A stretch of 64,000 bases of DNA from assembly GCA_016926735.1 (NCBI GenBank), contig JAFGOA010000066.1, positions 1 through 64,000 of the forward strand. Reading direction: 5' to 3'. The notes below the pieces were generated by a model. It was not told the DNA's origin. It searched no databases and saw only the letters and a program-made list of their open reading frames with translations. Source of the stretch: Promethearchaeota archaeon (GTDB lineage: Archaea; Asgardarchaeota; Lokiarchaeia; Sigyniarchaeales; SOKP01). A program made the translations under genes and the position numbers. The number at the start of each line of letters is the position of its first letter. Within the stretch, counting starts at the first letter, position 1. Below are positions 1 to 8,657 of the stretch, one piece after another.

Positions 1-387
1 AGTGGATTTGATGCTACAGGTATAGGTCCAAGCTCAAATCTAGACTTCTTAACAATAACATGGAAAGCAATTAAACCTGGAGAAAGTATGTTGGCAATAG
101 ATATTAACGTTTTAAAAGATGAAAGCACAGCTGATGTAGGTACTCCTCATGGTGTCAATAGTAATGTAATAATAAAATCTGTTATGGGTGATGTGAATAA
201 TGATGGATTAATTGATAGTGTGGATGGTTTACTAACGGCTCAATATTATGCAGGATTAGATCCAGAACATTTTCTTTATCCTGAACGGGCAGATGTTAAT
301 GCAGATGGATTTATTGATATTGTAGATGCTTTAATTATTATACAATATGTTGTAGGATTAATTGATACATTCCCAGCTGATTTATAG
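1..387 (+). CDS. C-terminal part of a cohesin-like + dockerin protein (5' end outside window)
   Basis: Frame is open from base 1 (SGFDATGIGPSSNLDFLTITWKA...LAIDINVLKDE..VGTPHG, cohesin-like beta-sandwich). It is followed by two dockerin Ca-binding repeats, GDVNNDGLIDSVD and ADVNADGFIDIVD, and a poly-T tract after the stop. Confidence 0.75.
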   Translation, partial: SGFDATGIGPSSNLDFLTITWKAIKPGESMLAIDINVLKDESTADVGTPHGVNSNVIIKSVMGDVNNDGLIDSVDGLLTAQYYAGLDPEHFLYPERADVNADGFIDIVDALIIIQYVVGLIDTFPADL

Positions 388-570
388 ATTGAAAATCTTT
401 TTTTTTATTTATTATAATTATTTAAAATAAATATGATTTGAGTATAAAAAAAATCAATATAATATATCATTATATTCAAAAAGTATAATAATTTGATAAA
501 AAATTTAATATTTTGATAAAAGATATTTCAAAAATTATTAATATAGATACTTAATTTCCTAAAACACAAT

Positions 571-600
571 AGTTCTGAATTTTAAAAGGTTTTCAGAACT
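571..600. promoter_or_regulatory. Inverted repeat upstream of the GH5 gene (operator or leader hairpin)
   Basis: AGTTCTGAA-N12-TTCAGAACT, perfect 9-bp arms, followed by a T-run, about 30 nt before ATG 630. Confidence 0.35.
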
Positions 601-629
601 CTTTTTTTATTAACTAAAGGGATATAAAA

Positions 630-3290
630 ATGAATAAAAGATATTGTCTGAAAATATTTAAGTCATTTCTTATAATTTTACCTCTTTTAATTACTTCAAT
701 CATTACTTCTATTAATTTCAGCATCATTAAATCAGAAGACAAAATTGAGATTAATTATGTTCCAGATGTTCCCACATTTAATTATATCGAACCAAAGAAT
801 AATGCAATTCTTCTTCAAGCAGAAGATTATGATAATTGTTATGATACAACACCGGGTAACCATGATCCACTAGCAGGGTTTTATAGACCAGATGATGATG
901 CAGATATTAGTCAAAACTTCTATTTTAACAAAAGTAGTATTGATTATGTGATGGCTCCGAGTTATAAAATTTCTAATATTGAGGCTAATGAATGGCTAGA
1001 ATGGAATGTGGATTTTAAAGTTCCAGATTGGTATAATTTTATTATTCGTCTTACTGGAGAAGAAAACGCCAAAATTCATATTGAAATAAATGATAATTCT
1101 GTGACTGATATTATTGATATTCCAGCAACAGGAAATAAGGAAACATGGTGGCAAGATTTTAAAACACCTTCAGTTTTTATCAATTCAGGAGAAAAGAGAG
1201 TTAAGATTGTTTTTGATGAGGTTATAAGTGGAACATTAGCATTTGATTATATTTATATTATCTCTGCAACACATCCCCCTGCAAAATTACTTTCGGATTC
1301 TGATTTTATTGTTGATTTTGGGCCTTCACCAAGTGCTCCAGAAGGATATATTAAACCAGTAGAAACATATGGAGATTTAAGAGTTGATGGCAATAAAATT
1401 GTTGGAAAGAATGGTCTTCCTATTCAATTCAGAGGATTTGCCTCTCATGGTCCTCAATGGTTACCATGGATTCCTGATTATACAGCTCTTAATTTAGCAT
1501 ATAATTTCGGGGCAAATATCTTAAGATTAACGACCTATATTAGTGAAGGAGTTGCATGGGAGAATATAGAGATGAGACCCGTTATAGATCATATTACTGA
1601 AGAAATTGTAAAAGATTGTATTGAGGCAGGAATATATGTTGTAATAGGATTTCATCAACATGCTAACACTTCAGAATTGCTAAATTATGTGGATGATGCT
1701 AAAGTTTTTTTTGAGCATTATGTTCCTATGTTTGGTGGCTATTCAAATGTTATTTTTGAAGTTTTAAATGAACCTGTTGGTATTGTGGATGGAAAACCAG
1801 GAGTAGATTGGTCTACAGCTAAGAATTATGCAGAAGAAATTATACCCAGAATAAGGGAACTAGATCCAGACGATGATAAAAATCTAATTTTTGTAGGTAC
1901 TCCAACTTGGTGTCAAGATCCTCATACAGCAATAACAGATCCTATTGAAGATGAAAACATTGTATATACATTTCATGTATATGCTACAGCTCATGATATA
2001 AACCTTCAAAATAATATTGATAATGCTCTAAGAAAGGGATTTCCAATTATTGCAGATGAATGGAGTCCTGGTCATTGGAATTGGCAAGAAAATCCAGATG
2101 TAAATTGGGATAATGCAAATAGCTGGATTGATTTTTGGGAAGCAAGAGGAATAGGTTGGATTGATTGGAGTTTTAATATCAAAAACGAACCATTATCAGC
2201 TTTAGTTCCTAATCAATATTTAATAGCAGGATTTTGGAAAAATGATCAATATTTAACTGACATCGGAAAATATATCCGCGATAAAATTATGTCTCCATAT
2301 AATTCTTGGTGCTATAGTGAGGATATTAACTTAGGCTATTTTTCCCAATCAAATGGAAATAATATTGGATTTGCGGATGTTTTAGTAAAAGATGAAAATG
2401 GAGAAATATTACCAAATGCAGAAGTAACTCTTGAATGGAGTGGTGCTTTTAGAGGTTCAACTAAAAAAATCACAAATAACAAAGGATTAGCTATTTCAAA
2501 TACACTTGAACTCCCAGAAAATGGGCAAATAGTTACAAATGGATATTTTTCAAATGGAAATTTTCTTAAAGGTTTAAAATCATGGACAACATCACAATCT
2601 TGGAGCCCTATCGCAACTTTCAATGTAATAAATAAAGAACTTGTAGTGGACATTATAGAAGCAGGAAATAATGACTGGGAAGTCCAGCTTGTACAAAGTG
2701 GCTTAGCAATTGAGGTTGGTTTTGAATACACAGTAAGTTTTGATGCGCGAGCAGAAGACATTCGTGATATATCTGTTTCAGTTGGTGAAGAGGGAGGGAA
2801 TTATGCCACATATGGAGCACGCACGTTAACATTAACAACTGAAATGACCCATTATGAATTTACTTTTATGATGGAACAAGATTCAGATTTGAATGCACGC
2901 CTTCAATTTAATATGGGATTGGATATAAATGATGTAATAATTAATAATGTATTATTAAAAGGAATTCACCCTAATTTAACATCTGAAGATCTCATATGTA
3001 GAGTTATTAATATTATTAAGAGTGGATATACACAAGATCCATCAAATATGAATTCTGAAAATACAAATACTTTAGCGATTAGTACATCTGAAGTTATGAT
3101 AGGTGATGTAAATGAAAATGGTCGAGTTGATATAATTGATTCATTACTTATACAACAATATTATGAAGGAAAAAATGTAATAATCAATTTAACAGCTGCT
3201 GATGTAAATAATAACGGAATAATTGATACTATAGATGCCTTGATTATTGCATTATATTATTCAAAATTAATAACAGAATTCACCTCTTAG
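630..3290 (+). CDS. Secreted/anchored multidomain GH5 glycoside hydrolase: signal/TM, CBM6-like, GH5, Ig-like with CBM4/9-like, dockerin
   Basis: Hydrophobic N-terminus; LQAEDYD..EWLEW (CBM6-like); GH5 motifs RGFASHG, FEVLNEP (acid/base), FHVYA, IADEW (nucleophile); NGNF..WEVQLVQ..YTVSFDARA (CBM4/9-like); GDVNENGRVDIID/ADVNNNGIIDTID dockerin. Confidence 0.85.
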   Translation: MNKRYCLKIFKSFLIILPLLITSIITSINFSIIKSEDKIEINYVPDVPTFNYIEPKNNAILLQAEDYDNCYDTTPGNHDPLAGFYRPDDDADISQNFYFNKSSIDYVMAPSYKISNIEANEWLEWNVDFKVPDWYNFIIRLTGEENAKIHIEINDNSVTDIIDIPATGNKETWWQDFKTPSVFINSGEKRVKIVFDEVISGTLAFDYIYIISATHPPAKLLSDSDFIVDFGPSPSAPEGYIKPVETYGDLRVDGNKIVGKNGLPIQFRGFASHGPQWLPWIPDYTALNLAYNFGANILRLTTYISEGVAWENIEMRPVIDHITEEIVKDCIEAGIYVVIGFHQHANTSELLNYVDDAKVFFEHYVPMFGGYSNVIFEVLNEPVGIVDGKPGVDWSTAKNYAEEIIPRIRELDPDDDKNLIFVGTPTWCQDPHTAITDPIEDENIVYTFHVYATAHDINLQNNIDNALRKGFPIIADEWSPGHWNWQENPDVNWDNANSWIDFWEARGIGWIDWSFNIKNEPLSALVPNQYLIAGFWKNDQYLTDIGKYIRDKIMSPYNSWCYSEDINLGYFSQSNGNNIGFADVLVKDENGEILPNAEVTLEWSGAFRGSTKKITNNKGLAISNTLELPENGQIVTNGYFSNGNFLKGLKSWTTSQSWSPIATFNVINKELVVDIIEAGNNDWEVQLVQSGLAIEVGFEYTVSFDARAEDIRDISVSVGEEGGNYATYGARTLTLTTEMTHYEFTFMMEQDSDLNARLQFNMGLDINDVIINNVLLKGIHPNLTSEDLICRVINIIKSGYTQDPSNMNSENTNTLAISTSEVMIGDVNENGRVDIIDSLLIQQYYEGKNVIINLTAADVNNNGIIDTIDALIIALYYSKLITEFTS

Positions 3291-3411
3291 AAAACTCTTA
3301 GAATTAAAATATAATTCTTTTTTTTTTTAATACTTTATAAATATATGTCTTAGATCTGATTTTATCACAATATAAAAGAATTTATTTATTGAAAATTTTA
3401 TTGAATTTATT

Positions 3412-4194
3412 ATGATTAATGATAATATTCTTTTTTATTCAAAAGGAAGAATAGCCACATTAATAATAAATAGAGAAGAAAAAGCAAATGCTTTCAACAT
3501 TGATATGTTGAAAAAAATGTATAGTTATTTAACAGAAATTGATAAAAATGACAAAATTAGATGTATTATATTAAAAAGTGCAGGAAATCACTTTTTCTCA
3601 TCCGGATACGATCTAGAAAAAATAAAAAATAGTAATGAAAATGCTAAGGAATTTATGGAATGGGGAAGAAAAGTAAATCAATATCTACTCCTTATGAAAA
3701 AACCAATAATTGTTCAAGTTCAAGGAATTGCTGTAGGTTTTGGTGCTATGTTAATTCTTGCATCTGATTTAAGAATATTTGCGAACAGACCAAAGCAAGA
3801 ACTTTATTTGAAATTTCCTGAACTAAAAATGTCGATATTTCCTCAAACTGGTGGAACATTATTACCATTATTAGTTTTTGGGATTAATATAGCCAAAAAT
3901 CTCTTATACACATGTAAAGGAATTGGAATTGATGAATTAAAAACTCTAAATATTCCTACTCGTATATATCCTATAGAAGAAATAGATTCTGAAACAATGC
4001 TTTTTGCAAAAGAAATTACTAGATATAAAAAAGAATTTACTTTCCTTTTGAAAGCTATGCTAAATATAATGAATAAAAAGCAAATTATCTCTTGTCTTGA
4101 TTTAGAAGATGAATGCAGTAAAATAGCTTATAGTGAAAAAAAAACAATGAAGGAACTTGATAAAATTATAGAAAAATTATATCATAAATTCTGA
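3412..4194 (+). CDS. Enoyl-CoA hydratase/isomerase (crotonase) family protein
   Basis: INREEKANAF, FFSSGYDL, KPIIVQVQGIAVGFG, LASDLR, FPE motifs. Confidence 0.85.
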   Translation: MINDNILFYSKGRIATLIINREEKANAFNIDMLKKMYSYLTEIDKNDKIRCIILKSAGNHFFSSGYDLEKIKNSNENAKEFMEWGRKVNQYLLLMKKPIIVQVQGIAVGFGAMLILASDLRIFANRPKQELYLKFPELKMSIFPQTGGTLLPLLVFGINIAKNLLYTCKGIGIDELKTLNIPTRIYPIEEIDSETMLFAKEITRYKKEFTFLLKAMLNIMNKKQIISCLDLEDECSKIAYSEKKTMKELDKIIEKLYHKF

Positions 4195-4476
4195 ACAAGA
4201 TAATGATTAAAAATTGATTTTTATGATGATAATAGAAATATCAAATCTATAAAATTGAATGGAAATTACTCTATTTAAAAGTTATAAATTACTCAAATAA
4301 TTGGATTTAACCTATTTATATATATTTCAAAATTCTTATGAAAATAACTTATATTTAATCATAGTTAATAATAAAATTTCAATTGATAACCTTAATATAT
4401 TTTTACAGATAATTATACTAAATATATTTCTTTTTAAGAGAAAATAATCATCATAAAAAATCGATATGTGATTTTT

Positions 4477-5778
4477 ATGGGTTTTAGAGAACATATAAAA
4501 AAGTTAGAAGAAGAAGGAATACTTCGAAAAGTTGATATTGAGGTCTCTAGGAATTTAGAAATTTCTGGAATATTAAAAGAGATTGAACCTACACCTGTTA
4601 TTTTTAATAAGATAAAGGATAATAATTTTCAAGTAATTGGTAATCTATTTTGTACTAAGCAATCTATTGCATCATATTTTAACACAATTCCATCAAATCT
4701 AATTCCATTGTTAACAAAAGCAATTGATAATCATTCCGAACCGGAGATCATAACAAATGCTTCATGTCAAGAAATTATAGAAAATAGCATTGATTTAGAT
4801 AGTTTACCTATATTAACTCATTGTGAAAAGGATGGGGGTCCTTATATTAGTTCTGCAGTTGTTGTAACACGTGATCCTGAATATGGACAAAACTTAGATT
4901 TTCACAGAGCAATGCAATTTTCAAAAAATAAATTTGCAACCCGAATCGTTAGAGGACGTAATTTTCATACGTTTTTAGAAAGAAATGGAGAATTAGATGT
5001 AGCATTCTGTATTGGAAATACACCTAATGTTCTTATTGCAGCAGCAACTTCTGTAGACATTGGTATTGATGAATTAAGGATTGCAAATGCACTTGAACCA
5101 ATTAATATTACAAAAGCTAAAACAGTGGATTTGTTAGTTCCAGCGGAAAGTGAATTTATTTTAGAAGGTCGTGTATTTTTAGAGGAAAAACATGCTGAAG
5201 GTCCTTTCGTTGATTTAACAGAAACATATGATATGATAAGAGAGGAGCCTATATTTGAAGTAAAAGCAATAACACACAAAAAAGATGCTATTTGGCAAGC
5301 ACTTCTTCCAGGAGCTCTTGAGCATAAAATTCTTATGGGTATGCCAAGAGAACCTACTATATTTAAAAAAGTTAATGAAAAAGGAGTTAAATGCTTAGAT
5401 GTAAATGTTAATCCAGGTGGATGTTCATGGCTTCATGCTATTGTACAAATTGAAAAGAAAAATGAAAATGATGGTAAAATTGCAATCGAAGGAGCGTTTG
5501 AAGGGCATAAAAGTTGTAAACATGTCTTTATTGTAGATAAGGATATAGAGATCTATGATCCTTTATCAGTTGAATGGGCAATGGCTACTAGATTTCAAGG
5601 AGATAATGATATGATTATTAAAGATAAAGAACCTGGTAGTAGTTTAGACCCAAGTGCAGAACCAGGGACAAAATTAACGACAAAAATAGGTTTTGATTTA
5701 ACAGCCCCATTAATTGTTAAAGGTAAAAACTTTGGGAAAGCAGATTTTCCTAAAGTTGATATCAATAAATATTTTTAA
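4477..5778 (+). CDS. ubiD: UbiD-family prFMN decarboxylase, probable anhydromevalonate phosphate decarboxylase
   Basis: DGGPYI, EGPFVD, VEWAMATRFQ, GSSLDPS motifs; clustered with AcnX subunits, mvk, ipk and ubiX. ATG 4477 follows a GTGAT RBS (the ORF track starts at GTG 4468). Confidence 0.85.
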   Translation: MGFREHIKKLEEEGILRKVDIEVSRNLEISGILKEIEPTPVIFNKIKDNNFQVIGNLFCTKQSIASYFNTIPSNLIPLLTKAIDNHSEPEIITNASCQEIIENSIDLDSLPILTHCEKDGGPYISSAVVVTRDPEYGQNLDFHRAMQFSKNKFATRIVRGRNFHTFLERNGELDVAFCIGNTPNVLIAAATSVDIGIDELRIANALEPINITKAKTVDLLVPAESEFILEGRVFLEEKHAEGPFVDLTETYDMIREEPIFEVKAITHKKDAIWQALLPGALEHKILMGMPREPTIFKKVNEKGVKCLDVNVNPGGCSWLHAIVQIEKKNENDGKIAIEGAFEGHKSCKHVFIVDKDIEIYDPLSVEWAMATRFQGDNDMIIKDKEPGSSLDPSAEPGTKLTTKIGFDLTAPLIVKGKNFGKADFPKVDINKYF

Positions 5779-5796
5779 GAATTTTAAGGTGACATT

Positions 5797-6990
5797 ATGA
5801 AATTAACATCAAAAGAACAAGATATGTTGGATGGTAAATATGGAAAAGCGACACAAAAATCTATGGAAATATTAGCAACATTAGGGGATATATATGAAGC
5901 AGAAGAAATGATTGAAATAAAGAGTGTTCAAATTTCTGGTGTTTCATATGCTAATCTTGATGAAGCAGGATTAGATTTTTTAAATGAAATGGCTATTGAT
6001 GGAAAAGCTAGAGTACTTACTACATTAAATCCTGCTGGAATGGATCGTGATAATTGGCAAGCTTTAGGAATTGATGAAAACTTTGCTATGAATCAAAATA
6101 GAGTTATTGATGCTTTTGCTAAAATGGGTGTTATAACTACTTGTACTTGTACACCTTATTTAATAGGTAATCTTCCTCATTACGGTCAGCATGTAGCATG
6201 GGCAGAAAGTAGTGCTGTTTGTTTTTGCAATTCTGTAATTGGAGCTTACACAAATCGAGAAGGAGGACCAAGTGCACTAGCATCTTCCCTAACAGGGAGA
6301 ACACCTAAATATGGATATCATTTGGAAGAAAATAGACATGGTGAAATTTTATTTGAAATAAAAACTCCGATAAAAGGAACCAATATGTTTGGAGTTCTGG
6401 GTAAAGTTATTGGAGATAAATTAGGTGAATATAAGAAGAAAATTCCATATATCACTGGTATATCTAAGGCAACAGTCGAAGAATTAAAGTCATTTTGTGC
6501 TTCAGTAGCAACTTATGGTGGAACAGCACTATTTCATATGGAAAATATCACACCTGAAGCATCAAAATATCCAATACCGACCGAAAAAAAAATAGAAATT
6601 AATACAAAAGATATAGAAAGAGGATTAACAGAACTTATTGATGAGGATATTGAAGTAGATTTTGTAAGTATAGGATGCCCACATGCTTCTATCGAGGAAA
6701 TATCACAAGTTGCAAAATTATTGGAAGGAAAAAAGGTTACAAAAGAATTTTGGATTACAACTGGAAGACCTACTAAAAAAATAGCTGATGAAGCTGGTTA
6801 TACAAAAATTATTGAAGAAGCAGGCGCTAAATTTGCTGCTGATACTTGTTGCGTAGTAGCACCTATTAAAGGAAGATTCAAAGGTATAGTTGTAGATTCA
6901 GCCAAAGCATGTTATTATGGGAGAGCGAAAAATAAATTTAAAGTTAAGATAGCAACAATCGAAGATTGTGTAAATGAGGCGATAAAATAA
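5797..6990 (+). CDS. Aconitase X large subunit, probable phosphomevalonate dehydratase large subunit
   Basis: QISGVSY, TTLNPAG, TCTCTPY, WAESSA, NREGG, IGCPH, DTC motifs; mevalonate cluster context. Confidence 0.88.
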   Translation: MKLTSKEQDMLDGKYGKATQKSMEILATLGDIYEAEEMIEIKSVQISGVSYANLDEAGLDFLNEMAIDGKARVLTTLNPAGMDRDNWQALGIDENFAMNQNRVIDAFAKMGVITTCTCTPYLIGNLPHYGQHVAWAESSAVCFCNSVIGAYTNREGGPSALASSLTGRTPKYGYHLEENRHGEILFEIKTPIKGTNMFGVLGKVIGDKLGEYKKKIPYITGISKATVEELKSFCASVATYGGTALFHMENITPEASKYPIPTEKKIEINTKDIERGLTELIDEDIEVDFVSIGCPHASIEEISQVAKLLEGKKVTKEFWITTGRPTKKIADEAGYTKIIEEAGAKFAADTCCVVAPIKGRFKGIVVDSAKACYYGRAKNKFKVKIATIEDCVNEAIK

Positions 6991-7383
6991 ATGGATTTGA
7001 AAGGAAGAAAAATATATAAAGGTATTGCTAGTGGTGAAGCTATTGTAACAACACAAGGGATTTCATTTTTTGGAGGAGTAGATCCTGAAAGTGGCATAGT
7101 TGTTGAGAAAGATCATGAATTAGAAGGACAATCTATCTCAGATAAAGTATTAGTATTTTCTACAGGAAAGGGTTCTACGGTAGGATCCTATACAATGTAT
7201 CAAATGAAAAAAGGAAATAACGCTCCCTTGGCAATAATAAATGAAACAATTGATACAATTATAGCAGTTGGGTGTATTATTAGTGAAATTCCATGCGTTG
7301 ACAAAATAGATATAAGTAAGATTAAAACAGGTCAGAGAGTAACTGTAGATGGAACAAATGGAATTGTCAAAATTGAGGAATAA
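6991..7383 (+). CDS. Aconitase X swiveling small subunit (DUF126), phosphomevalonate dehydratase small subunit
   Basis: ISFFGGVDPESG, GKGSTVGS motifs; abuts the large subunit. Confidence 0.88.
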   Translation: MDLKGRKIYKGIASGEAIVTTQGISFFGGVDPESGIVVEKDHELEGQSISDKVLVFSTGKGSTVGSYTMYQMKKGNNAPLAIINETIDTIIAVGCIISEIPCVDKIDISKIKTGQRVTVDGTNGIVKIEE

Positions 7384-7602
7384 TTTTTTTTAATTTTATA
7401 TTTCTTTTTAATAATTTTAAAACCAAAATCATTTTTAATCATAAAAACATATAAATTAAAATCTGTTTTTTAAAATCCTTTTAAAAATAAGCAGTAATAA
7501 TTAAAAAGAAATGTAAAATTATATAGTAAATATTAAATCATATACCAAATAAATAAACAACATTTAAATAAATAATAATATAGTTAAAAATAAAGTGATA
7601 TT

Positions 7603-8569
7603 ATGGGATTTGGAAAGGGTTATGGTAAGACTATACTTTTTGGCGAAATTAATTTCTAATTTAAGAAACTAACGCAATCATTTTGTTGTTTATGGTCTAC
7701 CGGCAATTGCATCTGCTTTGGGTACTTATACCACAGCTGAAGTTAAAACAACAGAAGGAAAAGGATGGGAAGTTATAGACAATAGACCAGCGACACCAGG
7801 ATATAAGAAACAAAAATATGAGGAAGCTAGACAATCAATTACAAATGTCTTATCATTTTTAAACATTGATATAGAAAATCAAAAGTTACTTTTAACATTT
7901 GAGGGTGATCTTTATGCTGCAAGTGGAGTAGGGGCTTCAGCTGCACAATGTACATCATTAGCTCGAGCATTAAATGATGAATTCAATTTAGAATTAGACG
8001 ATGAAATGATTAATAAAGCGGCTTATGAAGGAGAGAAAGGTTATCATGGTACACCTTCAGGTATAGATAACACAGTATCAACTTATGGGGGATTAATTTG
8101 GTTCGAAAAAAATCTCAGTGGTGGTAAGAATCAAATGGATAAATTGAAATCTAAAAATAAAATGTTTTTAGTAATTGGAAATACTGGTGAAACAGCTTCT
8201 ACAACAGAAGTTGTCAAAGATGTAAAGAAATTAAAAGAAGAAAATCCTGATAAATTTGAAAAAATATTTGAGAATTATAAAGATCTTGCAATTGATGCTA
8301 AAAAGGCATTAATCGAGAGCGATGTAAAAACAATCGGCCATTTAATGAATAAAAATCATGAATTACTGCAAGAAATAACTGTTTCAGGAAAAATAAATGA
8401 TCTTATTGTAAAATTAGCTCGAGATAATGGTGCTTTAGGAGCTAAAATGACAGGGACTGGTAGAGGTGGTTTGGTTATAGCATTAGCTTCTGATAAAGAT
8501 ACTCAGGAAAAAATCTCTAATACTATTCAGAAAAACGGATATATGGCTTGGAAAACAACTATTGGATAA
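7603..8569 (+). CDS. mvk: Mevalonate kinase, split: exon 1 7603-7647 + exon 2 7679-8569 (311 aa if joined)
   Basis: ATG 7603 after a GTGAT RBS reads MGFGKGYGKTILFGE, then hits a stop. A different frame from 7679 reads HFVVYGLPAIASALG. Joined, they restore the GKxILFGEHxVVYG motif. GHMP motifs GVGASAA, HGTPSGIDN and GAKMTGTGRGG are intact. Confidence 0.9.
7648..7678 (+). other. Putative 31-nt bulge-helix-bulge-type mRNA intron in mvk
   Basis: Sequence ATTAATTTCTAATTTAAGAAACTAACGCAAT. Both junctions fall after the 2nd nt of 3-nt bulges (AA|A, AU|C) flanking the helix GGCG/CGCA. An intron hairpin and an exon-exon helix are present. Confidence 0.7.
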
Positions 8570-8657
8570 TGAGTAAATTAATTAAAAAGAATTAATTTGT
8601 AAAATTATCATTTTTCTTTTTTAATAGTATGTATATATAATTTAGAGGACTTTAGAG

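Noticed and set aside
7648-7678. Insert as a MITE or IS footprint
   Set aside because: No target-site duplication and only 3-nt terminal complementarity; the pairing involves exon bases in BHB register.
7718-8569. mvk as a complete 283-aa protein starting at TTG 7718, or as a simple frameshift
   Set aside because: It would lack the essential GKxILFGEH motif. A ribosomal shift would leave about 10 extra residues inside the motif, whereas removing exactly 31 nt restores it.
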